A DNA stretch of 64,000 nt, from positions 66,964 to 130,963 of the forward strand of contig CALXWX010000003.1 of NCBI GenBank assembly GCA_944392565.1. The letters are read 5' to 3'. This DNA is from an uncultured Alphaproteobacteria bacterium. Lineage in GTDB: Bacteria > Pseudomonadota > Alphaproteobacteria > Rs-D84. Within the stretch, counting starts at the first letter, position 1; every line of letters starts with the position of its first letter. Of the stretch, positions 10,386 to 20,787 are shown piece after piece. The position numbers and the translations under genes were made by a program. A model generated the notes under the pieces. The model was not told the DNA's origin, made no database searches, and saw only the letters and a list, made by a program, of their open reading frames with translations.

Positions 10386-11822
10386 ATGAAAACAGCAATC
10401 ACACCGACGCGTTCGGAAAATTTCAGTGAATGGTATCAAAATTTGATAACTGCCGCAGATTTGGCGGAAAATGCCCCTGTGCGTGGGTGCATGACGATAA
10501 AGCCATATGGTTGGGCAATATGGGAATTAATGCGCGATGAAATGGATCGTCGTATAAAGGCATGTGGTGTTCAAAATGCCCAGTTCCCATTATTAATACC
10601 AATCAACTTTTTTAACCGTGAAGCAGAACATGTCGCGGGTTTCGCCAAAGAAGCAGCGGTTGTAACCCATTATCGTTTAAAAATGATTGATGGCACACTG
10701 CAACCGGATCCAGATTCAAAATTAACAGAACCATATATTATTCGTCCGACATCTGAAACAATCATTGGGGACGCAATGTCGCGATGGGTTCAATCATATC
10801 GTGATTTGCCGTTAAAGTTAAACCAGTGGGTAAATGTTATGCGCTGGGAAATGCGTCCACGCTTGTTCTTGCGTACATCTGAATTTTATTGGCAAGAAGG
10901 GCATAACGCGTTCGCCACGCACGATGCGGCAAACGCTGATGCACGCAAAATGCATCAAATGTATGGCGATTATATGCGTGAAGTATTGGCAATTCCGTCA
11001 ATCATGGGCGAAAAAACCCCCGAAGAAAGATTTGCCGGTGCTGATCATACATACACATTGGAACATATTATGCAGGACGGTCGTGCATTACAGGCGGGTA
11101 CTTCGCACGACCTGGGGCAACATTTTTCAAAATCTTTTGGAATCCAGTATTTGGATACAGATGGCGCATTAAAACATGCATGGACGACATCGTGGGGTGT
11201 ATCGACCCGTATGATGGGCAGTTTGTTTATGACACATTCCGATGATGATGGTCTGGTTTTGCCACCCGCCATTGCCCCGTACCAGGTCGTAATTATCCCA
11301 ATCACGCGCGAAGACACGGCAGATGCCCTGAACGCGTACGCGGAAAAACTGGGGGCGCAACTGCGCGATATGGGGGTGCGCGTGTTGGTTGATACATCTG
11401 ATATGCGCAGTGCGGACAAAATGTGGAAATGGATTAAGCGTGGCGTGCCATTGCGCGCAGAAATCGGCGCCCGTGAAATGGACGAAAATAATATAACCGT
11501 TACGCGCCGTGATTTGGGCAAATCATCCAAACAAACAATGGCGACAGATGCATTTGTTGCGGATGTTAATAACATGTTGGCGCAAATCCAACATGATATG
11601 TACGATGCGGTTGTTGCGCGAAATAAAACAATGATTCACGATGTTGCGGATTTGGGCGCGCTGGAATCTGCGCTGGACGGCGGTAAAATTGGATTTTTCC
11701 GTATCAAATACGATTTAACCCAAAATGAACAATTTGAATCATTAATGGAAAAATACAAGATTTCGCGCAGATGTTTGGATGATGCCGATCCGACATATGT
11801 CTATGTTGCAAAATCGTATTAA
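10386..11822 (+). CDS. proS: Prolyl-tRNA synthetase, archaeal/eukaryote-like type (no insertion editing domain, C-terminal Tyr)
   Basis: Class II aaRS motifs. 478 aa ending ...VYVAKSY, the hallmark C-terminal Tyr of the eukaryote-like ProRS type. Confidence 0.85.
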   Translation: MKTAITPTRSENFSEWYQNLITAADLAENAPVRGCMTIKPYGWAIWELMRDEMDRRIKACGVQNAQFPLLIPINFFNREAEHVAGFAKEAAVVTHYRLKMIDGTLQPDPDSKLTEPYIIRPTSETIIGDAMSRWVQSYRDLPLKLNQWVNVMRWEMRPRLFLRTSEFYWQEGHNAFATHDAANADARKMHQMYGDYMREVLAIPSIMGEKTPEERFAGADHTYTLEHIMQDGRALQAGTSHDLGQHFSKSFGIQYLDTDGALKHAWTTSWGVSTRMMGSLFMTHSDDDGLVLPPAIAPYQVVIIPITREDTADALNAYAEKLGAQLRDMGVRVLVDTSDMRSADKMWKWIKRGVPLRAEIGAREMDENNITVTRRDLGKSSKQTMATDAFVADVNNMLAQIQHDMYDAVVARNKTMIHDVADLGALESALDGGKIGFFRIKYDLTQNEQFESLMEKYKISRRCLDDADPTYVYVAKSY

Positions 11823-11850
11823 AAAATCCCGCAGATGCGGGATTTTTTTA
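11821..11850. terminator. Bidirectional rho-independent terminator
   Basis: aaaaaatcccgcagatgcgggattttttt: A-tract, perfect GC hairpin, T-tract. Lies between convergent proS and a minus-strand ORF. Confidence 0.7.
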
Positions 11851-12411
11851 TGCTGCGCCACGACCGTTTTCACGAACATGTTCACGCATGCGCATTAAAA
11901 TCATCATTTGCATTCTCTTTGCTGCATCAGTATATGCATTTTGTGTGATGTTTTGTCCAGATTGATTTTTGTTTTTATCATCATTGACATTATATACCGC
12001 AATTGTTTCATTTAATGTTTTCAGCATATCTGATACTTTTGGTGAAACCCGTTTCAGCCATTCTTGCCGTTTTTCTGTTGGCGCATCAATTGTGTCATCG
12101 CGATGTGGGCTGGTCATCATTATTTGCGACCATCTGGTATTATGTGCTGCAAATATTTGTCGCATATACATTGCTGCTGGATTTTTTGCATCTTTGGATT
12201 CAACAAATTGTTTCATTTGCGCCATTGAATTATACCATGCCCGCCCCAGGTTGCCCCCGCGAAACCAATTAACAGCAGTTAAATTATAAAACAGTTCAAA
12301 ATATGCGTCCGATATTTTTTTCTTGTCCGCATCTGTTAACTTTTTCTCAGGCGATTTTTGGACACTTGCCCCCGCAATTATTTGCATATATTGATTAAAA
12401 TCATTATTCAT
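11848..12411 (-). CDS. Hypothetical protein
   Basis: ORF 11848..12462. The likely start is MNNDFNQY at 12411, preceded by aaaggggg. No recognisable domain. Confidence 0.3.
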   Translation of the reverse strand: MNNDFNQYMQIIAGASVQKSPEKKLTDADKKKISDAYFELFYNLTAVNWFRGGNLGRAWYNSMAQMKQFVESKDAKNPAAMYMRQIFAAHNTRWSQIMMTSPHRDDTIDAPTEKRQEWLKRVSPKVSDMLKTLNETIAVYNVNDDKNKNQSGQNITQNAYTDAAKRMQMMILMRMREHVRENGRGAA

Positions 12412-12636
12412 CTTGCGCCCCCTTTGTCTGGTGTTGCCCCTGTTCATATTTATATAGTGCAAAATTTGTATTTGTCAATGGTAATTATTTTTTTGACTTT
12501 ATTCACATAATATAGCACTCTAAGAACGGCTATATCATAACAACGCACTGTTGCCAATAATGGGCGGGGCGGATATAACCCACAGTCTTGCCAATAATGG
12601 GGGCTGTGATTACTTCATCAAAATACAAGGAGTTAA

Positions 12637-13665
12637 ATGATGAAAAACAGTTTAAAATTAGCGGTCGCGGCATCTGTCCTGGCGACACCAGCCATGGCGG
12701 CTAATTTAGAAAATCCGTTGTACATGCCAACAGCGGGCGAATTTTATTCAAAAACAGCCGCTGGGCTGATGGTAAAGGTTGCCGACAGTTCCGACGCACA
12801 TAAATTAAAGGGGCATGACGGGGCAACCGAATTCCCAATTTGGCGCATCCAAGAAGATTTGGGTATCGGTATTACCGATCGCATTGCAATTCGTGGTGCA
12901 TTTCAATACACACACGATGCTGACATTGACCGCAAGGGATTAAACCATGGTCGTTTGGGACTGATATGGCGTCCGATACAAACGAATGATAATATCGTAT
13001 TGGATGTTTATGCAGATGCACATTTGGGCGGCATTAACAAAATGCGCGGTGCATATACTGCAACCGGTTTCCAGTATGATAATTATTCAAACGGTCGCTG
13101 GGGCGCGGATGTCGGTGTTCGCTTTGGTAAAACATGGAGCAAGCTGACCACCAGCGCATTTGTAGAAGTATTAAAAACATTCGGCAGCAGCAATAATGTT
13201 ATTGAGGTTTCTGGATTGTCGGTTCCTGTTTCTGGTATAGGTATGGTTCCTGTATCTATGGCTGGTGTTCCGGGTGAAATATCTGTTGATTTAAAGTCAA
13301 CCACAGAAATTAACTTTGGTTTGAATGCATTTTACCAGATTAACGATCGTTGGTCATGGGGTGCCGGCTTTAAATACAATCATCATGCAGACAATGGTGT
13401 AAAAAGTCTGGCAACAGATATTAATTATAATCCTGCATATGAAGCACTTGCAAAACCAGCGATTGATAAGTTAATTGCCGGTTTATCTGACATGAACGAT
13501 GGTTTTGATGAATACATTGTTACATTGTCGGTTGCAAACCAATTGACAGATAATGTCCAGGTTGCCCTGTACGGTGAATATACATTTGATACCGCGCATG
13601 CAAATTCGCAAAACGGTACAGATGTCAAAGCCGAAGTTGGCGTTCGTTTGAACCTGGCATTCTAA
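12637..13665 (+). CDS. Outer-membrane beta-barrel protein (signal peptide, C-terminal Phe)
   Basis: Signal peptide MMKNSLKLAVAASVLATPAMA. Alternating amphipathic strands. C-terminal LNLAF. Confidence 0.4.
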   Translation: MMKNSLKLAVAASVLATPAMAANLENPLYMPTAGEFYSKTAAGLMVKVADSSDAHKLKGHDGATEFPIWRIQEDLGIGITDRIAIRGAFQYTHDADIDRKGLNHGRLGLIWRPIQTNDNIVLDVYADAHLGGINKMRGAYTATGFQYDNYSNGRWGADVGVRFGKTWSKLTTSAFVEVLKTFGSSNNVIEVSGLSVPVSGIGMVPVSMAGVPGEISVDLKSTTEINFGLNAFYQINDRWSWGAGFKYNHHADNGVKSLATDINYNPAYEALAKPAIDKLIAGLSDMNDGFDEYIVTLSVANQLTDNVQVALYGEYTFDTAHANSQNGTDVKAEVGVRLNLAF

Positions 13666-13783
13666 AAATAAAAAACAAATTAACATATATTGGACATATT
13701 TTCGCCGGACATTGTGCCGGCGAAAATACTTTTATCATTCATCTTTTTATGATATAATGGGCTAAAAGGAAAATGGAAAGGCT

Positions 13784-14878
13784 ATGAAAAAAGTCAGCTT
13801 TCTTGCCGCAATAACAGGTTTTTTATTCGCCGCCGGTGGTTCGGCATTTGCTGTGTACCCTGTATATACCGGGTACCAGGGTACCAATGCCCAGGGTCAG
13901 GTTGTATATTTACCAACAACGGCGGGAACAACTGTGGTAAATCCAAATGCGGTTGTTACAACAAATGCCGTAAATGCCGCCAGTCCGACCCGTATAACTG
14001 GATCGTTGCCACGCGTTGGATCAAATGCAACGGCTGCGGGGCGCCAGTATTATGAACCAACTGATTTTGATCGGTTGGCGGACAGTGGACTGTATGTTGG
14101 TTTATCTGTTGGTTATTCTGCCAGTATCAGTGGATCTATGATTGCGGATTATATGGGTGAACAAAACGCATGGTTTGTCCCCGGCGCGTTTCAAGAGGCT
14201 GACTTTAACACCGATACTGTAATTCCATTGCAATTATCGGTTGGTGCGTCAATTAATAACGATTTGCGTATTGATTTTTCATACTTGCGTTATTCTGGTA
14301 TTTCATACCCCAGTGTTGTCCAATCTGCGGACGGTGTTGGTGGGTATGTTGAGGCAACAGTTGACGGTGGCGCAATTACCGCAAACGCAACGATGTTGAA
14401 TTTGTATTACAATATTGATTCATATACTGGGTATCTGGCGGGCGGTATGTTGCGCCCATATGTTGGTGTTGGCGTTGGTATTTCATTAAATACAATTGCA
14501 GACTATGTCGTATATGATAATACATTTTATTCAGAAATGGATCCGGGTGCCGCCGGTGCGGGCGATTTAACGGGTATTTCCGATGTTTATGCATATCACA
14601 ATGGTGGCACCGCAGAACAGTTGGCATTCGCCCTGGAAGCGGGGCTGACAACCGAACTGGACGGCGGAATGAAATTGGATTTCTTTGTCAGATACGCCAA
14701 TCTGGGCAAGGTTAAAACATCGGGCAGTATTATCGTTTCCCAGACAGAATGGCTGGGCGATGGCGCGGGCAGTGAATATCCCGCCCCATATGACAGTGTA
14801 TTTCATTATACAAACTGGTATGAAAGTGGTCGGTTAAGCACAATTGATTTAGGTATCAGATTGCGTCTGCAATTTTAA
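13784..14878 (+). CDS. Outer-membrane beta-barrel protein (porin-like)
   Basis: Signal peptide MKKVSFLAAITGFLFAAGGSAFA. Gly/Tyr-rich strands. C-terminal RLRLQF. Confidence 0.4.
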   Translation: MKKVSFLAAITGFLFAAGGSAFAVYPVYTGYQGTNAQGQVVYLPTTAGTTVVNPNAVVTTNAVNAASPTRITGSLPRVGSNATAAGRQYYEPTDFDRLADSGLYVGLSVGYSASISGSMIADYMGEQNAWFVPGAFQEADFNTDTVIPLQLSVGASINNDLRIDFSYLRYSGISYPSVVQSADGVGGYVEATVDGGAITANATMLNLYYNIDSYTGYLAGGMLRPYVGVGVGISLNTIADYVVYDNTFYSEMDPGAAGAGDLTGISDVYAYHNGGTAEQLAFALEAGLTTELDGGMKLDFFVRYANLGKVKTSGSIIVSQTEWLGDGAGSEYPAPYDSVFHYTNWYESGRLSTIDLGIRLRLQF

Positions 14879-14902
14879 TTGACGCCACCAATCGGGGGAG
14901 AG

Positions 14903-16663
14903 ATGAAAACCAACAACAGACATTCGATTTTGCATTATTCTTTATTTGCCGCATTGATTGGTATTATGCCAATGGCGGCATTTTCTGCAATTCGTGTTGG
15001 TAATCATTCGCGCAGCTATGCAGAAGCATATAATCAAGTAAATGCCCAGGTTGCGGCGGCAAATTCTGCGCGTGTAAATGCGGCGGGTGTGCAAACTGGA
15101 ACGGTTGCACCAGTTGCCACAACAGTCGCCCCGACGAATGCGACGCAGTCTGAATCCGCGGAAACAGTTGAATTGCCCATTCGGGTTGCAAATGCCGACC
15201 TGGCAAAGCAAATTATAAATAATGATCCGGCTGCATCAGTTACCATGGGGCAACTGGACAGATGTGCCATGATATACCCCAATGGTGAATTTGAATGGTC
15301 GCGCCCGGCATTGGGATTGGGGGCGGGCGGTGGTTCAACATGTGTTGCGGTGGTTGAATTGCGCGGATATCAAATGGGTGAAAATGGTTCGGATTTGGTA
15401 TTGGCGCGCGCAACATTGGCATCAGGCGACAGTATAAAATGCAATATATCTGAATTCCCAGATGCAACACATAATAATTCTATTACGGGTAATGTTGTTG
15501 TTCCAGCAGATAATCCACCCACTATGGCGGATGTCGAACAGATTATGAACGAAGAACAAAAACAAAATGCCGGATTAAAAATTGCCGCCGGTGCAATATT
15601 GGGTGGCGTGTTCGGCAATATTGCGGGGGCGAATGACTTGGGCGAAGATGGCTTGTTGGGTACCAGCCGTGGAAAAATGCAGGGTACTGCCATTGGCGCA
15701 TTATCTGGTGCGGCATTAATGGCGGGCAATTCATATGCAGGCAAGAAAGCCGGCGATACAATTTTATCAACTGGTGTAAATGCCGCCGCGGGCAGTTTGA
15801 TTGGCAATATCGCGGCAACGGGTGATTCTGTATTAAGAATCGAAGACTGTACTGTTGCTGGTCGTAATACCAGTTGCCTGTGGGGAATGTTGGTTACATC
15901 GCGTCCATTAACTGGTGCGGAAACCGCATTTTATAATACCACAACCCAGGAAACATATGTTTGCGATGGGCAAATGCAGAACTGTAAAAACGAAGAATTA
16001 GTTTCCATACAATTGGAAGCATATCCAAATGTAAATATTGATGAAGTTATAGAAACACAATTCCAAGAAATTATATCAAAGCCCGAAAATCAATATTTTA
16101 TGTCGAATGCAAATGGTGTAATCAGTTTTGTTCACGCGCCCAATGCTGAAAAACAGGGTGTCAATGTTGATGCCAGCAAAGGTATATTTGCAAAATTATC
16201 CGATGGTGGTCATATTGATAGAAAAATTCCAGCAGTGATACCCGATGTCCAAGACAAAGCATTTGGTATGAAACAATCTGATTGGCGTGAATGGAAACGC
16301 ACCCACCAGTCTGGCGTCATAATTTACGGGCGCAGTACCCAGGGTCAATCATACGATTTATCTGACACAGTCGAATATTCAATAAATGACTTTTACCCCA
16401 TGATGGTTGATGCATCAGACGGCGGCATAATTGATTACAGCAACAAGGCGCGCCTGAAAACAACATTAATTGGCGCGGGTGCGGGTGGTGCAATGGGTGC
16501 ATTTGTCGGGTACCAGGGCGCACAATCTGATATTGAAAATCGTTGGACCGCCGCGGTTCGCGAATACAATGATTCTTTGACCAAGTTTTATTGTGCAACG
16601 GGTAATCGGTACCTCAGCAAGTATAACGATGTTGTATATATACCAGAAATCGCATCAGAATAA
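14903..16663 (+). CDS. Secreted or membrane-anchored Gly/Ala-rich protein of unknown function
   Basis: ORF 14879..16663. The likely start is MKTNNRH. N-terminal hydrophobic segment, then long Gly/Ala-rich stretches (AAGAILGGVFGNIAGAN..., LIGAGAGGAMGAFVGYQGA). Directly downstream of the two OMP genes. Confidence 0.3.
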   Translation: MKTNNRHSILHYSLFAALIGIMPMAAFSAIRVGNHSRSYAEAYNQVNAQVAAANSARVNAAGVQTGTVAPVATTVAPTNATQSESAETVELPIRVANADLAKQIINNDPAASVTMGQLDRCAMIYPNGEFEWSRPALGLGAGGGSTCVAVVELRGYQMGENGSDLVLARATLASGDSIKCNISEFPDATHNNSITGNVVVPADNPPTMADVEQIMNEEQKQNAGLKIAAGAILGGVFGNIAGANDLGEDGLLGTSRGKMQGTAIGALSGAALMAGNSYAGKKAGDTILSTGVNAAAGSLIGNIAATGDSVLRIEDCTVAGRNTSCLWGMLVTSRPLTGAETAFYNTTTQETYVCDGQMQNCKNEELVSIQLEAYPNVNIDEVIETQFQEIISKPENQYFMSNANGVISFVHAPNAEKQGVNVDASKGIFAKLSDGGHIDRKIPAVIPDVQDKAFGMKQSDWREWKRTHQSGVIIYGRSTQGQSYDLSDTVEYSINDFYPMMVDASDGGIIDYSNKARLKTTLIGAGAGGAMGAFVGYQGAQSDIENRWTAAVREYNDSLTKFYCATGNRYLSKYNDVVYIPEIASE

Positions 16664-16667
16664 AAAA

Positions 16668-16690
16668 CGGGGCATTGCCCCATTTTTTAT
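16668..16690. terminator. Rho-independent terminator
   Basis: aaaaaacggggcattgccccatttttt immediately after the stop at 16663. Confidence 0.6.
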
Positions 16691-16729
16691 GATATAATTT
16701 ATATTATTATTAATGGGGGGATAAAATTA

Positions 16730-17662
16730 ATGAAAGTTGCAATTATTGGTGTTGGCACGGTTGGTTCGGCGGTTGCGACCGCGATAAAAAATACAGGCTG
16801 TGTACATGAAATTGTTTTATATGATCGCGATGGGTTGCGTGCGCGCGCTGCTGCCGAAGATTTGGACCATGCCGCCAGTTTTGGTTTCGATGTAAAAATT
16901 ACCGCGGTCAGTAATTATCGCGGCATTCGTGGCAGTGAAATTGTTATCATTGCCGCCGGCGCAAATCAAAAGCCCGGTGAATCGCGCATGGATTTACTGA
17001 ATAAAAACGCGGCGGTTATTCGTGATATAATTCCGCATGTTATTGCGAATGTTGATACAAAAACTGTAAAGATAATGATTTTAACAAATCCATTGGATGT
17101 TATGGTCATGTTGGCGCAAAAGTTATCAAAAATATCGTCATCGCGCGTAATTGGTACGGGTGCAATGCTGGATTCGGCGCGCCTGCGCACAATTTTATCA
17201 CGCCAATTTGGTGTATCAACGCAATCAATAAACGCGTATGTTTTGGGCGAACATGGCGACAGCAGTGTTGTTGACTGGACATCAGTTACAGTTGGGGCAT
17301 TAAGTTTGGATGAATTTTGTCGCCAGACAAAAATATCATTACCGGCAACAACGCGTAATACAATAACACATCGTGTGCGTAATGCGGCATATGAAATAAT
17401 CCGTGGTCGTGGTGCAACATGGGATGGTATTGGTGCCGCGGCGGCTGATTTATTACGCTGTATTGTAAATGATGAACGGCGTATATTAACGGTCTGTTGT
17501 GTATCTGGCAACGGTGCCGATATGGTTGCAATGTCATTGCCGCGCATTGTTGGGGCATCTGGCATTGTGGCAACATTGCGCCCGAAATTATCCGCATCAG
17601 AATCTGCCGCATTACGCCGCAGTGGAAAAATAATTCGCAAGAATTATGATTCGATAATATAA
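16730..17662 (+). CDS. ldh: L-lactate dehydrogenase (LDH/MDH superfamily; Gln at the substrate-specificity position)
   Basis: Rossmann N-terminus MKVAIIGVGTVGSAVA. GANQKPGESRMDLL has Q rather than R at the LDH/MDH discriminating position, which indicates lactate. Catalytic H in LGEHGDS. Confidence 0.7.
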   Translation: MKVAIIGVGTVGSAVATAIKNTGCVHEIVLYDRDGLRARAAAEDLDHAASFGFDVKITAVSNYRGIRGSEIVIIAAGANQKPGESRMDLLNKNAAVIRDIIPHVIANVDTKTVKIMILTNPLDVMVMLAQKLSKISSSRVIGTGAMLDSARLRTILSRQFGVSTQSINAYVLGEHGDSSVVDWTSVTVGALSLDEFCRQTKISLPATTRNTITHRVRNAAYEIIRGRGATWDGIGAAAADLLRCIVNDERRILTVCCVSGNGADMVAMSLPRIVGASGIVATLRPKLSASESAALRRSGKIIRKNYDSII

Positions 17663-17734
17663 GTTATAACGGATAACAATCCGATTTAAACATGCCATCG
17701 CCATGTGTTATAGTGCCTGTATGGGGGCTTTATC

Positions 17735-18037
17735 ATGGCGGATTTTACAATCACATACGATATTTTTCCCGATGGTCTGGGTTTTTATGCAAATTGCGAT
17801 GGTCGTCATGTTGGTGAAATTACATTTGTTCGTGTTGGTATTGATAAAATGATAATTGATCATACCAGTGTTGATGATAAATATCGCCGGGCGCATGTCG
17901 GATTGAATCTGGTCCGCCATGCCGCAGATTTGGCGCGCGCCCAACATCGCAAGGTTATAACCATGTGTCCATTTGCGCGTGCGATGTTTTGTCGATATCC
18001 TGAATTTGATGATGTGCGTTTCCTGCATACCCGATAA
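17735..18037 (+). CDS. Small GNAT-like N-acetyltransferase (YjdJ-like)
   Basis: 100-aa protein with a GNAT-like core (ITFVRVGIDKMIIDHTSVDDKYRRAHVGLNLVRHAADLA). Confidence 0.35.
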   Translation: MADFTITYDIFPDGLGFYANCDGRHVGEITFVRVGIDKMIIDHTSVDDKYRRAHVGLNLVRHAADLARAQHRKVITMCPFARAMFCRYPEFDDVRFLHTR

Positions 18038-18103
18038 GATAATTATATTTTCTTGAATGCAAATTTATTTTTTATTAACATTCCGCGCAAAGGGGGATTG
18101 GTT

Positions 18104-19492
18104 ATGAACCGCAAATTGCGCGCATGGTTGGTTTTCTTGATATTTTTGAATGGATATATCAGTTTATCATTGGAATTGGTTGTTTTACGCCAATTGTCTT
18201 TCTGGGTCGGATCCAGTGCCGTTATCACCAGTATTATTATGGGGACATTTCTGGGGTTTATGTCATTGGGGTATTTTCTGGGGGAATCCAAGAAAATCGC
18301 CGGTAAAAGCATTCGGAATATTTTATGTGCCAGTTTTATGGTAATTGCTGCATTGGCATTATTGGCATCCAGTTTCCCGTTTGTTTTAAAATATTTCGTA
18401 TGGCTGTACCAGTGGGGAATCACATCCAGCATTATCCAAACATTTATTTATTCGTTTATATTTTTATCTGTTGGACCATTTTTATTTGGATTCAATACAA
18501 CATTACTGTCGCGTTGCCTGCATCGATATAATACAAATTATACCGGCAACATAATGGCGTGGGATACAATTGGATCGGTACTGGGGTCATTGCTGACGAC
18601 ATTGATTTTGATGCCATTTGTCGGTGTAAATAATACGGTTATATTAATTGTGTTATTGGCATCTGTTGCGGCAATAATAACGCGTCCAAAATGGTGGACG
18701 ATATTAATTTGTGCATTAATTTTGATTCCGACATTAATGGTTAATCGTAATTCTGTTTTGCGGGACCGGTATGGTATTTTGGTTAACAATGCAAATTCAA
18801 CAATATCTGTAATGCAAAATGGCGATATTCGTATTTTAAATATGAATGGATTGCCAATGTCAATATATGGTCCAAAAAACGGTGGTACCGCAGATTATAT
18901 AACATACATAAACAGAAATTTTATATATACAATGCCAAATGACAGACCCCGTAAAATTCTGGTCTTGGGTGCGGGCGGATTTACCGCAGGATTAGATGAT
19001 ACATTTAATGATTATACCTTTGTAGACATTGAACATACATTGCGCGATGTTTCTGAAAAATATTTCTTGGGACGCAAATTAACCCCGAACAAAAAGTTTG
19101 TTGTCCAAGACGCCAGTCAGTTCTTGAAAAACACAAACGAACAGTATGATTTAATATTGGTTGATGTCTATTCAAATTCATTCCAGGTTCCCGAAGGTTT
19201 TATCACCGCGGAATTTATGCAGCGTGTAAAATCACGCATTGCCCCAAATGGGATATTGCTGATGAACATGATTGTCAGTGTATCATACCGTGATAAATAT
19301 ACCCAGGTATTTGATAACACATTCCACACGGTTTTCCCATATAATACCCAGCGCCAGTCTGTTGGATTCACAAACCCATGGATTGGGGATGACATAATGA
19401 ATGTTATTTACATATGGTATAATCGTGAAAATGATGGTCGAATATATACAATAAATAAAACGCCGGTGATTTATGATCGGTATGCAAAATGA
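18104..19492 (+). CDS. Spermidine-synthase-like methyltransferase fused to a polytopic membrane domain
   Basis: ORF 18053..19492. The likely start is MNRKLRAWL after aaggggga. About 7 TM helices, then a spermidine synthase/class I MTase fold (ILVLGAGGFTAG, DLILVDVYSN). Confidence 0.5.
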   Translation: MNRKLRAWLVFLIFLNGYISLSLELVVLRQLSFWVGSSAVITSIIMGTFLGFMSLGYFLGESKKIAGKSIRNILCASFMVIAALALLASSFPFVLKYFVWLYQWGITSSIIQTFIYSFIFLSVGPFLFGFNTTLLSRCLHRYNTNYTGNIMAWDTIGSVLGSLLTTLILMPFVGVNNTVILIVLLASVAAIITRPKWWTILICALILIPTLMVNRNSVLRDRYGILVNNANSTISVMQNGDIRILNMNGLPMSIYGPKNGGTADYITYINRNFIYTMPNDRPRKILVLGAGGFTAGLDDTFNDYTFVDIEHTLRDVSEKYFLGRKLTPNKKFVVQDASQFLKNTNEQYDLILVDVYSNSFQVPEGFITAEFMQRVKSRIAPNGILLMNMIVSVSYRDKYTQVFDNTFHTVFPYNTQRQSVGFTNPWIGDDIMNVIYIWYNRENDGRIYTINKTPVIYDRYAK

Positions 19493-19493
19493 T

Positions 19494-19522
19494 AAAAAAT
19501 CGGGGGAATTCCCCGTTTTTTA
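19494..19522. terminator. Rho-independent terminator
   Basis: aaaaaatcgggggaattccccgtttttt. Confidence 0.65.
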
Positions 19523-19766
19523 TTGCGGAAATTTATCTTGTGGAAAGTGTTAAATTAATAGTGTATAATACACAGTGGTGTGGGTTGTTCCTGTACTGAG
19601 TCTTTACAAGCTCTTAATAAGCGCCAGTGATGGCGAAAAATATTTCCAACTAATACAGGGTTGGAGTGTGGTGAATATACTGAATAACCACGCAATACTT
19701 GATGATTGTTAGAAGCTCCAGCCCACTGGTATTTTCCGGTGGAATTTTTTTAACAACGGGGGATTT

Positions 19767-20024
19767 ATGACGAATAAAGAACTGTATGATATATTTACTG
19801 TACGAACAACAACAATACCACCAAAATGGTTGTATTATCAAAAACTGGGACAGGTTTTGCGTGAAATGCGTACAGATGCCAATATTACCCCAATGCATAT
19901 TATGCGTGATTTAGATATTTCGCCCGATGAATTACGCGAATATGAATCAGGAATGCGTGAAATATCTATTTATGATTTATTAAACCTGTTAAGTTATATG
20001 GAAAACCCACAATCAGAAAAATAG
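19767..20024 (+). CDS. Small HTH (XRE-like) DNA-binding protein
   Basis: 85 aa. An XRE-type helix-turn-helix is evident. Preceded by a ~200 nt leader and a candidate TGTATAAT extended -10 at 19562. Confidence 0.3.
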   Translation: MTNKELYDIFTVRTTTIPPKWLYYQKLGQVLREMRTDANITPMHIMRDLDISPDELREYESGMREISIYDLLNLLSYMENPQSEK

Positions 20025-20044
20025 GGGACCACAGCCCCCATTTT

Positions 20045-20638
20045 TTATTTCCCATATTTTAAGTTTTCAATTACAAAATTCCAATTTACCATATGGTTCA
20101 GAAATGCATCGATAAAATCGGCGCGTCTGTTTTGATAGTCCAGATAATACGCATGTTCCCATACATCCAGCGCCAATATCGCGCGCATTCCATGCGCCAT
20201 TGGGGTATCTGCATTTGCAGTGGTCATAATTTTTAAATTGTTGCCATCTGTGGCAACCCATGCCCAACCACTGCCGAACACACCGGCGGCGGCAGATTTA
20301 AATTCATCGCGGAATTTGTCCGCCCCACCAAATGCATTTGCAATTTCATCTGGCACCGCGCCACCACCATTTGGGGTCAGACAACGGAAAAAGAAATCAT
20401 GGTTAAACACCTGGGCGGCATTATTAAAAATCTTTTTCGCGTTTTCATCCGTTGCAGATTCAATAATGATTTTATCCAATGGCATATCGGCATACTTTGT
20501 ATTTGCCGCCAGGTCATTTAAATTCTTGATATATGTTGCCAAATGCTTGCCATGATGACAATTCAGTGTATCCACAGACATATATGGTGCCAATGCAGAT
20601 TCATCAAATTGTAATGGAAATTGTGTTAATGAAAACAT
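20045..20638 (-). CDS. sodB: Superoxide dismutase (Fe/Mn family)
   Basis: Fe/Mn SOD signatures (HHGKH, DVWEHAYY, metal ligands H, H, D, H). Confidence 0.85.
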   Translation of the reverse strand: MFSLTQFPLQFDESALAPYMSVDTLNCHHGKHLATYIKNLNDLAANTKYADMPLDKIIIESATDENAKKIFNNAAQVFNHDFFFRCLTPNGGGAVPDEIANAFGGADKFRDEFKSAAAGVFGSGWAWVATDGNNLKIMTTANADTPMAHGMRAILALDVWEHAYYLDYQNRRADFIDAFLNHMVNWNFVIENLKYGK

Positions 20639-20787
20639 GCTTTATTCTCCCTTGGTTTTTTTATAATGAAAATATGGCATTCGTCCGTGGAAAAAACAAC
20701 AGAAAAATTTTCCGGGTAATATATTAAAAATGGCTTGCACCAATGGGACCAGATTTTTATAATCCAATCATGATAAAAGGAGAAAAT

